Positions 48,976 through 58,704 of a DNA stretch of 58,704 bases are shown one piece after another (positions within the stretch are counted from its first letter, which is position 1; every line of letters begins with the position of its first letter). The stretch is taken from positions 186,001 through 244,704 of the forward strand of contig JAXLNO010000496.1 in the NCBI GenBank assembly GCA_038087875.1, read 5' to 3'. Both the position numbers and the translations under genes were made by a program. This stretch comes from Malacoraja senta (Eukaryota). The notes below the pieces were generated by a model. It saw only the letters and a list, made by a program, of their open reading frames with translations, did no database searches and was not told the origin of the DNA.

Positions 48976-51900
48976 TTATTCTTTTCCTTGAATTTTATTT
49001 AAAATCTCCTGGGCATATTTGCAAGCTGAATCCGGATCCGTGAATGAACGTTGCTTAGCATTGTACGTAATTAACATTTTAGCAGGGTAGATAACACCGT
49101 AACGAACTTCAGAGTGTCCTTGTAAGATACTGCTTGCACTTTTAAACTGGCGTCTTTTTGCCAGTATTTTTTATTTTTAAAATTTTTTTTTTTAACACTA
49201 GTAAAAGGAAAAGATAAGATTGAAAGAAAGAAAGAAGAAAGTGAAGGAAAAAGTGAGAGTGTAGAAAATGTGACAACAAAAAAGGACGAAGACCCTATAA
49301 GAACAAAATTAAAAACAAAAGAAAAAGAGTTAAGAAATAGACCCCAGAAAAGAAGGAGAAAGAGAAAGAGGAAAAAGAGAGAAACAAATATTTTTTATGA
49401 GCATTACACAAATGGGACATACCAACTCTTCAACTATCATCCCCCTTACCGGACCTCAATTTTTTTTAAGGTACCTTTGCACCCTATATTTGTAATAATT
49501 CTATAAATGCAGACCACATCAAGTGGAAGTGATCTGGTTTACCTGCTAGGAGGAGTCTTATCTCTTCTAGGTGTAATGTTTCGAACATATTTGAAATCCA
49601 CATGTTTATAGTTGGTATTGGAGCCTTCTTCCCAAATTTTAGAATTAGCTTTTTTCGAGTTAATAACCCATAGTCTATTAGTTTCTTTTGAAACACATTT
49701 AGTTCTGGACCATCTTCCGTTATTCCGAAGATAATCCATTCTGCTTTGGGTATCAGTCTTATTTTAAATAATTTTGTAAAGATTTCGAAAATTTCATTCC
49801 AAGATTTTTGAATTTTTGTACAGAAAACGAATGAGTGCGCTATAGTAGCTTCTTGGGATTGACATTTATCACAAATAGATGATACATTTGGGAAAATTTT
49901 ATGAATTTTAGTTTTGGAATAATATAATCTATGTAAAATATTTAATTGTATTAAAGTGTGTCTTACATTAATCGAACATTTATGCACGTTTAATAAGTGT
50001 TCATTCCAACTTTCCTTTGAAATTTTAATAGCTAACTCTTGTTCCCAGTCTCTTCTGATACCCTCCGTAGATGGTATTTAAACATTTAAGATAATATTAT
50101 ACAAATATGATATTAAGTTTGCTGATTCAGCTTTTATCTGCATTGCCTCATCTAATACATCTGCTGGGTTATTATAATGATCTTTTGTATATTTTTTCAA
50201 ATAGTCGCATATTTGAAATATTGATTATTTCCGAGTTTATATTTTATTTGTAATTGTTGAAATTAAAGTAATTTTCCAGTTTCATACAAGTCACCGAGCA
50301 TTTTAATTCCTAGTCTATCCCAATGTGTAAAAGCTTTATCTATAATCGAGGGATTAAACGAAGGGTTATTAACTATGGGTAATAAAAGTGCTAAATTTCT
50401 TAATTTTAAATTTTGTTTTATTTGTTTCCAAATTCGGATTGTACTATGAATAATTGGGTTCTTATTATAATTTATATTATTCAGTTTCATTGGAGAGAGG
50501 AGGATCGCTCCAATGTTTCCAGAGGAACAATCCTCTTTCTCCATTACAATCCAGTCCACTTGCTGGGCGGAGTTATCCATCAGTTGAATCATATTTTTAA
50601 TATTTACTGACCAATAATAATACATAAAATTAGGTAGTGCTAAACCCCCTAATACTTTAGGTTTATTCAGATGAGTTTTTTGTATTCTATGTGATTTATA
50701 GTCCCATATAAAATTAGTGATATCTGAGTCGAGTTTTTTTAAAAACTTCTTTGGTAAGTATATAGGAATCGATTGAAATAGGTATAAAATTTGTGGTAGA
50801 AAGATCATTTTTATTGCATTTATTCGGCCTATTAAAGACATCGGGAGCGTTTTCCAGAATTTAATTAGTGTGTTTAATTTATTAAGTAGGGGATCAAAAT
50901 TTGCCTTAAACATATCTTGATATGTTCTAGTAATTTCGATTCCCAAGTATTTAAATTTTTCTGTAGCTATTTTAAAAGGGAATTTTAAAAGATGTGTTGA
51001 ATCTTTCGGTTTTATTGACATAATTTCACTTTTATTCCAATTTATTCTATATCCAGAAAAAGATCCAAAGTCTTCAATTAAATTTAATATATTTGGTATA
51101 GTGATTTGAGGTTTTGTAATGTACAGTAATATATCATCCGCGTATAAAGATATTTTATTATATGAATCCTTAGTATTATCTCCATGGATATCAGGGTGTA
51201 TTCTAATTTTTTCTGCTAGCGGTTCAATAATGAGAGCAAACAGCTGTGGTGATAATGAGCATCCTTGTCTATTTCCCCTTGATAGTTGGAATTTCGGCAT
51301 AATATGTTATTAGTTAGTATTCTAGCTGTAGGTTTATTATATAGTAACTTGATCCATAGAATAAAATTCTCTCCCAGTTGGAATTTTTGTAATACTTTAT
51401 CCATATAATTCCATTCTACTTGGTCAAATGCTTTTTCAGCATCCAGCGAAATAATTGATAATTCTTGATCTTCAGATTTGTGTGAGTGCATTATGTTGAG
51501 TAAACGTCTCATATTGTTAGATGAGTATCTCTTAGGGATAAACCCAGATCAAAAAATATTAGCGAAAACATTAGCTAGAAGATTAAGTAAATACATTAGT
51601 AAAGTCTCTGTAAAATCGAACAATATTATCAGCGAATGTAAGATTTTCTCCATAAGATATCTTCTTTAATAAATTTTCCAAAGTCGAAATGTCTAAGAAC
51701 TTTACGATAATTTGACGTGGTGGAGCATTCGCTCCTCTTTGGAAGCGACCAACACGATGAGCCACATCTATCTTTGGTTTTTCTGGCAGTTTGAAACATC
51801 TTTAAGTAAATTAGTGATAAAATCACCCATTTCAGAGCCGTGCTCTGCCCCCTCTTTAACTCCTATTATTCTCAAATTCTGCCTCCTTGACCTGGCTTCC

Positions 51901-52508
51901 AAATCTTGACATTTCTCATTCAGTTTATTCGTCAGCTCCCAATTCGCGTTGTGTTCTTTTTTCAAAACTGTTATTTCCTGGCCCATCTGCTGCATTTCAC
52001 CCTCCATCTCTTCCATCAATTTTTCCGTCTTTGTTAATTGCTTCAGCAGGGAGTCGTGTTTATTGTTATAATCTCACTGCATTCTTTCCAATTCCTTAGC
52101 AGTCCTCGACTCCAAATCTTTGAACTGCTGGTTCAGGGATACGTAAAGTTCCTTTAATTCTCCACAGCTAGTGTCAATTTTCTTAGAGAGATTATCCTCC
52201 ATTGAAGAAAAATTGTTCTGCATTGTAGAATTCATTTTAGCAAATTGCTTCTGAAGATCTTTAGTAATGTCTTTAGTAATATTAACTCTTACCGATTCTT
52301 CCCAGCTTTTCATTTCTTTCTCCCTTTCTTTTAACTCTTTTGTTTCAGCTCTTGCAGCCATTTCGACTGTTGGTTGTTGAGATTCCAGCTCCTCTTCCAA
52401 AATTTCTAAAGTAGATTCAGGAGTGGTTTCAAGCTCATCCAGAGCTTTTTGGAGCTGGAGACTGATTGTAGTCTTCTTGGGTCCTCTCTGACCTCTTCCT
52501 TTTTTCAT
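48976..52508 (-). pseudogene. L1 ORF1 of the outer element, frameshifted and split by the nested L1
   Basis: Coiled coil, LEARSRRQNLRIIGVKEG, AHRVG..PRQIIVKF..RFYRDF; resumes at 49165 as LAKRRQF..YPAKM..KIQGKE*. Confidence 0.88.
49166..51603 (-). mobile_element. Nested 5'-truncated L1 with a short 5' inversion (51545-51603)
   Basis: Poly(A) tail at 49166-49193; RT RQGCSLSP/LYADD; a plus-strand segment encodes DQKILAKTLARRLSKYISK. Confidence 0.92.
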
Positions 52509-52707
52509 CCGATTTTTACCGGTAAAATCGTTTTAAATCCCGATTCCACCGGCACCGTCTGGTGACGTCAATACCCACGAGGTTCAGCAATCCCGGTAAG
52601 AGATTTAAAATCGATCCTGGCGTAGGAACCGAGTTTATACGCGATTTGTCGGGAGCAGAGCTCTGTGCAGCTGTCTTACTGCTTCATAGCAGCCACCGGA
52701 AGTCGAG

Positions 52708-52778
52708 TTCTTTAAATATTATCCAATGTTATCCATTTACTAGTTCTCCAATCTATCGTTGGCAACCTCTTGAGTTTA
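52708..52778. repeat. 71-bp direct repeat flanking the L1 (right copy)
   Basis: Matches 38858-38928. Confidence 0.95.
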
Positions 52779-53059
52779 TTATCAGCACATGTACTGAGGT
52801 ACTGAAAAGCTTCCTCTCCACATCCACTATCCAAGCCTTTCACTATTCGGTCAATTTCAACGAGGTCCCCCCTCATTCTTCAAAACTGCAGATTTTATCA
52901 TTATAGAAGAAAAAATTGCTTGCTATTGATTTAAGTTATCAAGAGGTACACAAAGATCAACTAAGCAGTTTGCTGATTAAGCATAGTAAATTAATTAAAA
53001 TTCCACAAAACTAGCAGTGAGAAATGGAGAATGTAATGATGCACCAGGCACGATATTAC

Positions 53060-53104
53060 CTGGAACGTGGCGAGAGCAGTTATGAAAGGATGGGCAGAAT
53101 ATCC
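53060..53104 (-). pseudogene. Candidate 45-bp host exon
   Basis: ttttgaattttctctag|GGATATT...TTCCAG|gtaata; phase-compatible with the exon upstream; one in-frame TAA. Confidence 0.5.
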
Positions 53105-53221
53105 CTAGAGAAAATTCAAAATGTTACATGTTTTCAAAGCAGTTAACTTAAATACAGATACTGCCAAGAGGTTTTCATGCACCTGAGGTTTAACGTTAAA
53201 CAGTTAGATTTATCGGCATAC

Positions 53222-53638
53222 CTGAAGTCAGAAACTGCAGAATTTGTGTTGAAATGATGGTACTTCTTCAATCTTTTGGAAGGCTGACAAAATGAACGGT
53301 CGGTATAACTAGATGACGTTGAATTGGCAGTCGCATGATTGGCAAACTACTTTTTATCTCATGGTTAGAATTCAACGTATTTGCAGAGCAATTCGCAACC
53401 ACGGCTAGAAATGAAGGATTCCCATCTGGTGATAACGTGTTCCCTTTCACTTCATTTCCTGCAGAGGAACAAGACGCAGGACTCTTCTGGGAGCTCCTTA
53501 GTGACGTCAGGACCAGTGTCGTCACACCAAACGCTGCTCTGCGATTGAGCTTCAATTCCACGAGGGGTTTACCAAAGTTGTTACATTGATACTTTATGAG
53601 ATTCATATCAAAACCAAACTTCTGAGGTGATGCTGCCT
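53222..53638 (-). pseudogene. Candidate host exon with a frameshift
   Basis: Acceptor gttttcatttttag|AGGCA; donor TTCAG|gtatgc; frame AASPQKFGFDMNLIKYQC... switches near 53345 to NHATANSTSS...SDF. Confidence 0.6.
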
Positions 53639-53749
53639 CTAAAAATGAAAACAGTTAATATTACTCATCATAAATCATTTGCAGAATCACTAAAAAGAGA
53701 GGTATTGTTGTTAGATGAGATATTCAAGTTTAACATCGTAGGAATATTA

Positions 53750-56150
53750 CAGTTTTTGCCCATTGCTTGAACACTATAGACCCATGCTTAGACCAAAGTA
53801 ACACAACTTGAAGTTTTTGTTACTATACCTTAAACACATGTAACCATACCTTAAACAAAAGCGCTGCTTTGCACTTTAGTTGCAATTCTGCAACACACTT
53901 GCTCCTTTCTGCAACACACTTGCTCCTGCACACTACACACTATTTCATACATGACACTTCGTTCAAAAATGAAATCTCAGGGTACCATTGGGAAGACACA
54001 GCTATTCAAAATACAAAACACATCGGGTAATTGAAAACACTAAGATACACACCTGAAAATACTTACTTACAACACTGAACACCAATCAGCCAGCTACAAA
54101 AAGGCCTCAGTTAAGCCATTTTGAGAACTTTGCAAGCATGGATGCAGGGAGAGCAAGAGGCAGAGGTAGAGGAAGAGGAAGAGGAAGAGGAGGACGTGGT
54201 CGAAGAGGCCATGCACGGACCATTATTTCCGATGACATAAGAGCAACTTTGGTGGACCATGTCATAAACCATGGCCTGACTATGAGGGAAGCTGGGCAGA
54301 GAGTTCACCCTAATCTAAGCCGTTGCACAGTTTCATCCATAATAAGGACATTCCGACTGGAAAACAGGTATGTCTTCAACTCTCTACTTTCTACTCTACT
54401 CAGATGGTATCTAGAGTATTTACAGTACTGTACCATATCACATTACCGTATCACATGTATTGTATTGCAGGGTGGCTAATGCTCCTTTTGGAACGAAAGT
54501 GGTAGTTTTGTGAAACATACCGTGATTACGTATATTGAGATGTTTCAGTACAGTGTATGTAATATACAGTAAAGTACAGTATATACAGTACTGTAAAAAA
54601 GAAGCAAACCAATAACAATGTGTGGTTGCATTTTGCTATAGAATGACTAGAAGACCTTCTGGGGGTGGACGCCAACGCCTGTTCACCCAACAGCAGGAAC
54701 TTGCCATTGTGGACCTAGTCAGAGCAAACAATGCAATCCGTCTCCAGCAGCTACGGCAACAAATACTTGCAGATAGGCAAGTGTTCAACAACATAAACCG
54801 AGTAAGCATTACCACTATAAGACGCATCTTGGTAAAGCACAAAATGACCATGAAGCAACTGTACAGGGTCCCATTTGAGAGGAACAGTGTCAGGGTCAAA
54901 GGACTTTGACGTGAATATGTACAGGTAAGTGTTACAGTCCTTTACATTTACAATACAGTATTGGTGTAATCCAGTAACAGCTGAATATGTACCATTGTAT
55001 CAGTACCACATAGCCATCCACAATATGTTTTTTTTGTTACAGAGAATCTTGGCCATGGATGGAGCTGCACAGCCTCATGAATTTATTTACATTGATGAGG
55101 CTGGATTCAACCTTAGCAAAACAAGACGACGGGGTCGTAATATAATTGGCCAAAGGGCAATTGTGCACGGCCCGGGGCAGCGCGGGGGAAATATCCCATT
55201 GTGTGCCGCCATAAGCCTTCGAGGGCTTCTGTACCATCATGCAAAACTAGGTCAATACACAACATATCATCACATTTCTAGATGCTCTTCATAATATAGC
55301 TGTACAGGACAGACCAGAGCAGCCCAGGTTTGTTGTTGTCTGGGATAATGTCAGTTTCCATCGGGCTGCTCTGGTCCGGACCTGGTTCACCAACCATAAT
55401 CAATTTGAAGTGGTATACTTGCCCCCTTACCCGCCATTTCTAAACCCTATAGAAGAATTATTTTCGGCTTGGAGATGGCGTGTATATGACCGCCAACCAC
55501 ATGCCCGCATGCCTCTTCTGCAGGCAATGGAACAGGCCTGCGGAGACATTGAGGTGAGGTCAATCCATGGATGGATTCGGCACACAAGGGGATATTTTCC
55601 CCGATGCCTAGCGGGAGAAGACATTGCTTGCGATGTGGATGAGATCCTGTGGCCAGACCCCAACAAACGGCAGGATCCATAAGCCCACCTACAAACGATT
55701 GCCGTGTTTTTCTGTGTTTACAGTATAGTGTATTTTTAGTTTTATTTTTGTTTTAACTGAATTTACAGTACTGTGAAGTACAGTACTGCAATGTACTGTA
55801 TTGAGTATTTGATTTTTTGGTTGTTGTGAAAACGTGCCTTCTGTGGAACTGAATAAAAACAGTGAAAATTAAAGACTGCAGTGTTTTATATAAAGTAGAC
55901 TAGTGTGTTGCTGCTGATCTGAAAGTGTATTCATATGATGCAAGTGTGTATCATTTTGTCATCAGAGTGACGTTTTGACAAAGGATTGTTAGGTTTTCAT
56001 AGCAGAGTTTAGGTTTCGATAGCAGAGTTTCAATTTGACATGGATGTGAATGGTTTATTTCCCAGTGTTTTGTCTTATTTGCTTGTGTGTAGAGTTTTTA
56101 CACAATGAGCGAAGTTTTGCAAAATGTGTTCAAGCAACAGGCAAAAACTG
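53750..56150 (+). mobile_element. IS630-Tc1-mariner DNA transposon, DD35E, with an intron-containing transposase gene
   Basis: TA|cagtttttgcccattgcttgaacac ... gtgttcaagcaacaggcaaaaactg|TA (25-bp imperfect TIR, TA TSD). Confidence 0.93.
54138..55682 (+). pseudogene. Three-exon transposase (exons 54138-54367, 54642-54924, 55043-55682); one stop and one frameshift
   Basis: GT-AG introns join in frame (ENR|MTRR and YVQ|RILA); YIDEAGF, VVWDNVSFH, LPPYPPFLNPIEE; TGA at 54907; frameshift near 55259. Confidence 0.9.
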
Positions 56151-56152
56151 TA

Positions 56153-56525
56153 ATCAACCTGATCTCCCGGTGGCTCAGCACATCAACTCCCCCGCCCAAT
56201 TCCGAATCAGACCTTTCTGTCCTGGGTCTCCTCCATGGCCAGAGTGAGGCCCACCGTATATTGGAGGAGCAGCACCTCATATTTCGCTTGGGCAGTTTGC
56301 ACCCCACCGGTATGAACATTGACCTCTTATTTCAGGTAGTCCCTACTTTCTCCTCCCCTTATCAGCTCTCCCTCAGCCCACTGCCTTCTCCTCTTCCTTT
56401 CTTCTTCCCGCCTCCCCCACCCTCACTTCAGTCTAAAGAAGGGTTTCGACCCAAAAAGTTGCCTATTTCCTTCGCACCATAGATGCTGCCTCACCCGCTG
56501 AGTTTCACCAGCATTTTTGTCTGCC
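56153..56525 (+). mobile_element. Penelope-like 3' fragment (GIY-YIG end and pLTR)
   Basis: NQPDLPVAQH, DLSVLGLLH, LEEQHLIFRLGSLHPTGMN; gtctaaagaagggtttcgacccaaaa motif. Confidence 0.85.
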
Positions 56526-56704
56526 TGCCATTTTTATACCTTTTGGTCTCACCATGTAGAAATTACAGCTGTGTTTATTCCAGTCCCCCCCCCCCCCCAT
56601 TTCAGGGCACCATAATATTTGGGACACAGCAATGTCATGTCAATGAAGGTACTCAATAATAGACAAAAGACAGTAGGTGCAGGATTAGAAAGCATGTAGT
56701 AAGC

Positions 56705-57395
56705 AAGAAAGTATGAAAGTAATCATGCAGGTACAGCAGGCAGTGAAGAAATCAAATGGCATGTTGGTCTATATAACAAGAAGAGTCAAGTATAGGAGCA
56801 AAGAGGTCCTTCTGCAGTTGTACAGGGCCCTGGTGAGACCACACCTGGAGTATTGTGTGCAGTTTTGGTCTCCTAATTTGAGGAAGGACATTCTTGCTAT
56901 TGAGGGAGTGCAGCGTAGGTTTACAATGTTAATTCCCGGGTTGGCAGGACTGACATATGCTGAGAGAATGGAGCGGCTGGGCTTGTACACTCTGGAGTTT
57001 AGAAGGATGAGAGGGAATCTTATTGAAACATAAGATTGTTAAAGGTTTGGACACGCTAGAGGCAGGAAACATGTTCCCGATGTTGGGGAAGTCTAGAACC
57101 AGGTGCCAGAGTTTAAGTATAAGGAGTAAGCCATTTAGAACGGAGACAAGGAAACACTTTTTCTCACAGAGAGTTGTGTGTCTGTGGAATTCTGTGCCTC
57201 AGAGGGCGGTGGAGGCAGGTTCTCTGGATGCTTTCAAGAGAGAGCTAGATAGGGCTCTTAATAATAGCGGAGTCAGGGAATATGGGGAGAAGGCAGGAAC
57301 GGGGTACTGATTAGGGATGATCAGCCATGATCTCATTGAATGGCGGTGCTGGCTGGAAGGGCCGAATGGCCTGCTCCTGCACCTATTGTCTATTG
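56705..57395 (+). mobile_element. 5'-truncated CR1 3' fragment
   Basis: LYRALVRPHLEYC, VVCLWNSVP; tail ctattgtctattg. Confidence 0.9.
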
Positions 57396-57564
57396 AAGTC
57401 TGCGATTCATGGACATCACCAGTTGCTGGGTGTCTTCTCTGGTGATGCTCTGCCAGGCCTGCATTGCAGCCATCTTTAAGCTGATGCTTGTTTTGGGGGC
57501 TAGTCCCCTTCACTTTTCTCTTCAGCGTATAAAAGGCACGTTCCATTGGGTTCAGATTGAGTGA
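57396..57564 (-). mobile_element. Tc1-like transposase C-terminal remnant
   Basis: Reverse strand reads SLNLNPMERAFYTLKRK.../AAMQAWQSITREDTQQLVMSMNRRL (SPDLNPIE-like). Confidence 0.7.
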
Positions 57565-57572
57565 AAGAGCTC

Positions 57573-57899
57573 AAATGTTAAATGCGACAAATGCATCGCG
57601 TTGGAATAACTTTGCACCCTCCCGCAAAGTTAAATGCAGCAATTGCGTTGCATTCAAGTAATATTGCAACCCCCCCCCCCAGGAAGTTCAATGCATTAAA
57701 TCGCTTTGCACTAACCTTGCAAAACCTCTCAAAAATGTTAAATGCAACAAATGCATCACATTGGAATAACTTTGCACCCTCCTGCAATGTTAAATGCAGC
57801 AAATGCGTTGCATTAGTGATATTGCAACCCCCCGGGATGTGAAATGCATTAAATTCATTGCAATAATCTTACAATAGCCTTCAGATGTGAAATGCAACG
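57573..57899. repeat. ~159-bp tandem duplication built from ~50-bp aatgca-rich subunits
   Basis: aaatgttaaatgc[g/a]acaaatgcatc...ggaataactttgcaccctcc at ~57573 and ~57733. Confidence 0.8.
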
Positions 57900-58110
57900 G
57901 TGACATCATAGAGGGGACAGCGGAGGCGGGACATCCGGCCTCTGACTGACCGGACGTCCCCAATGGCGGAGAGAGACGTCGCTCAACCGGGCGGTGGGGC
58001 GGGACTTGCTGATGGCCGGAAACGGCAGGTGATTGGAGGAAAGGGATGTCAGTCAGAGGGAGGGAGAAGGAACCCGCCCCCTTGTCTCTCTCTGGTCCGC
58101 GTTGCAGACA
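57900..58110. promoter_or_regulatory. CpG-rich promoter-like segment
   Basis: High CpG density; GC box ggggcggga, CCAAT/ATTGG, ccggaa (ETS-like), aatggcgg (YY1-like). Could equally be part of a repeat. Confidence 0.3.
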
Positions 58111-58258
58111 GGAGTGAGAGAGAGGGAGAAGGAGAGAGAGAGAGGGGTGTGGGCTGGGGGAGGGAGGGTAGGTGAGGGGAGGGAGGGAGAGAGAAAGAGG
58201 GAGAAATGAAGAATTGAGTGAAAATTGAAGAATTGAGTGAAAGAGGCGGAAGGTGGGA

Positions 58259-58333
<75 letters not shown>

Positions 58334-58704
58334 GAGAGGGAGAGGGAAAGATAGAGAGGAGAGAGAGGGAGAGGGAAAGCAGGAGGGCAGGGGAAGGGAG
58401 GGGAGAGAGACAGAGAGAAAGAGGGGAGGGAGATAGATGGAGGGAAAGAGGGAGCGGGAGAGAGATGGAGGAGTGTGGGCTGCGGGAGGGAGGAGGGAAG
58501 GTGGGGTAGGGAGAGAGGGAAAGAGAAATTGAGTGAAAAATGATTTGAGTGAAAAATGAGGATTTGAGTGAGAGGGGGAAGGTGGGAGGGAGGGAAGGAG
58601 AGATAGATGGAGGAGAGGGAGTTAATGGAGAGAGGGAGAGGGAAAGATAGAGGAGAGGGTGTGAGAGAGAGAGGGAGGGAGAGAGGAGAGGGGAGAGAGA
58701 GAGA
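58110..58704. repeat. Purine-rich low-complexity tract with a (GA)n microsatellite (~58257-58328)
   Basis: Seen directly. Confidence 0.95.

Larger units (their letters stand above)
38929..52707 (-). mobile_element. Full-length L1-clade LINE (inactive) hosting a nested DIRS1 and a second L1
   Basis: 5' end ctcgacttccggtgg at 52707; ORF1 from 52508; ORF2 43065-39273; A-rich tail at 38929-38951; 71-bp flanking repeat. Confidence 0.92.

Noticed and set aside
49270..49506. Lys/Arg-rich ORF (also 39027-39248, Phe-rich)
   Set aside because: Low-complexity L1 3'UTR sequence.
58218..58509. ER/RE-rich ORFs
   Set aside because: They are translations of the (GA)n microsatellite.

Overview
Eukaryotic, almost entirely transposon-derived DNA. 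The repeat content (abundant CR1 LINEs, Penelope-type short repeats, DIRS1, L1, Rex1/Babar, Tc1/IS630 elements) suggests a cartilaginous fish such as a skate or ray; this is inference. I see no intact host gene. Between the TEs lie decayed minus-strand exons with canonical splice sites, belonging to an unidentified multi-exon pseudogene that contains an old internal duplication and has been hit by several insertions. Main architecture: (i) a near-identical DNA-level duplication, 1-5051 vs 22194-27304, whose junction cuts a host exon; (ii) recombinant CR1s joining ORF1 of one subfamily to ORF2 of another, plus a head-to-head fusion of the same two subfamilies (31610-38752); (iii) a nested L1 block (38929-52707) with a 71-bp flanking direct repeat, holding a structurally complete DIRS1 and a second, twin-primed L1; (iv) a 2.4-kb TA-flanked DD35E IS630-Tc1-type transposon whose transposase is split by two spliceosomal introns; (v) many Penelope pLTR-type repeats with a minimal hammerhead-ribozyme-like motif. 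All family calls come from recognising motifs by eye; no database search was run.
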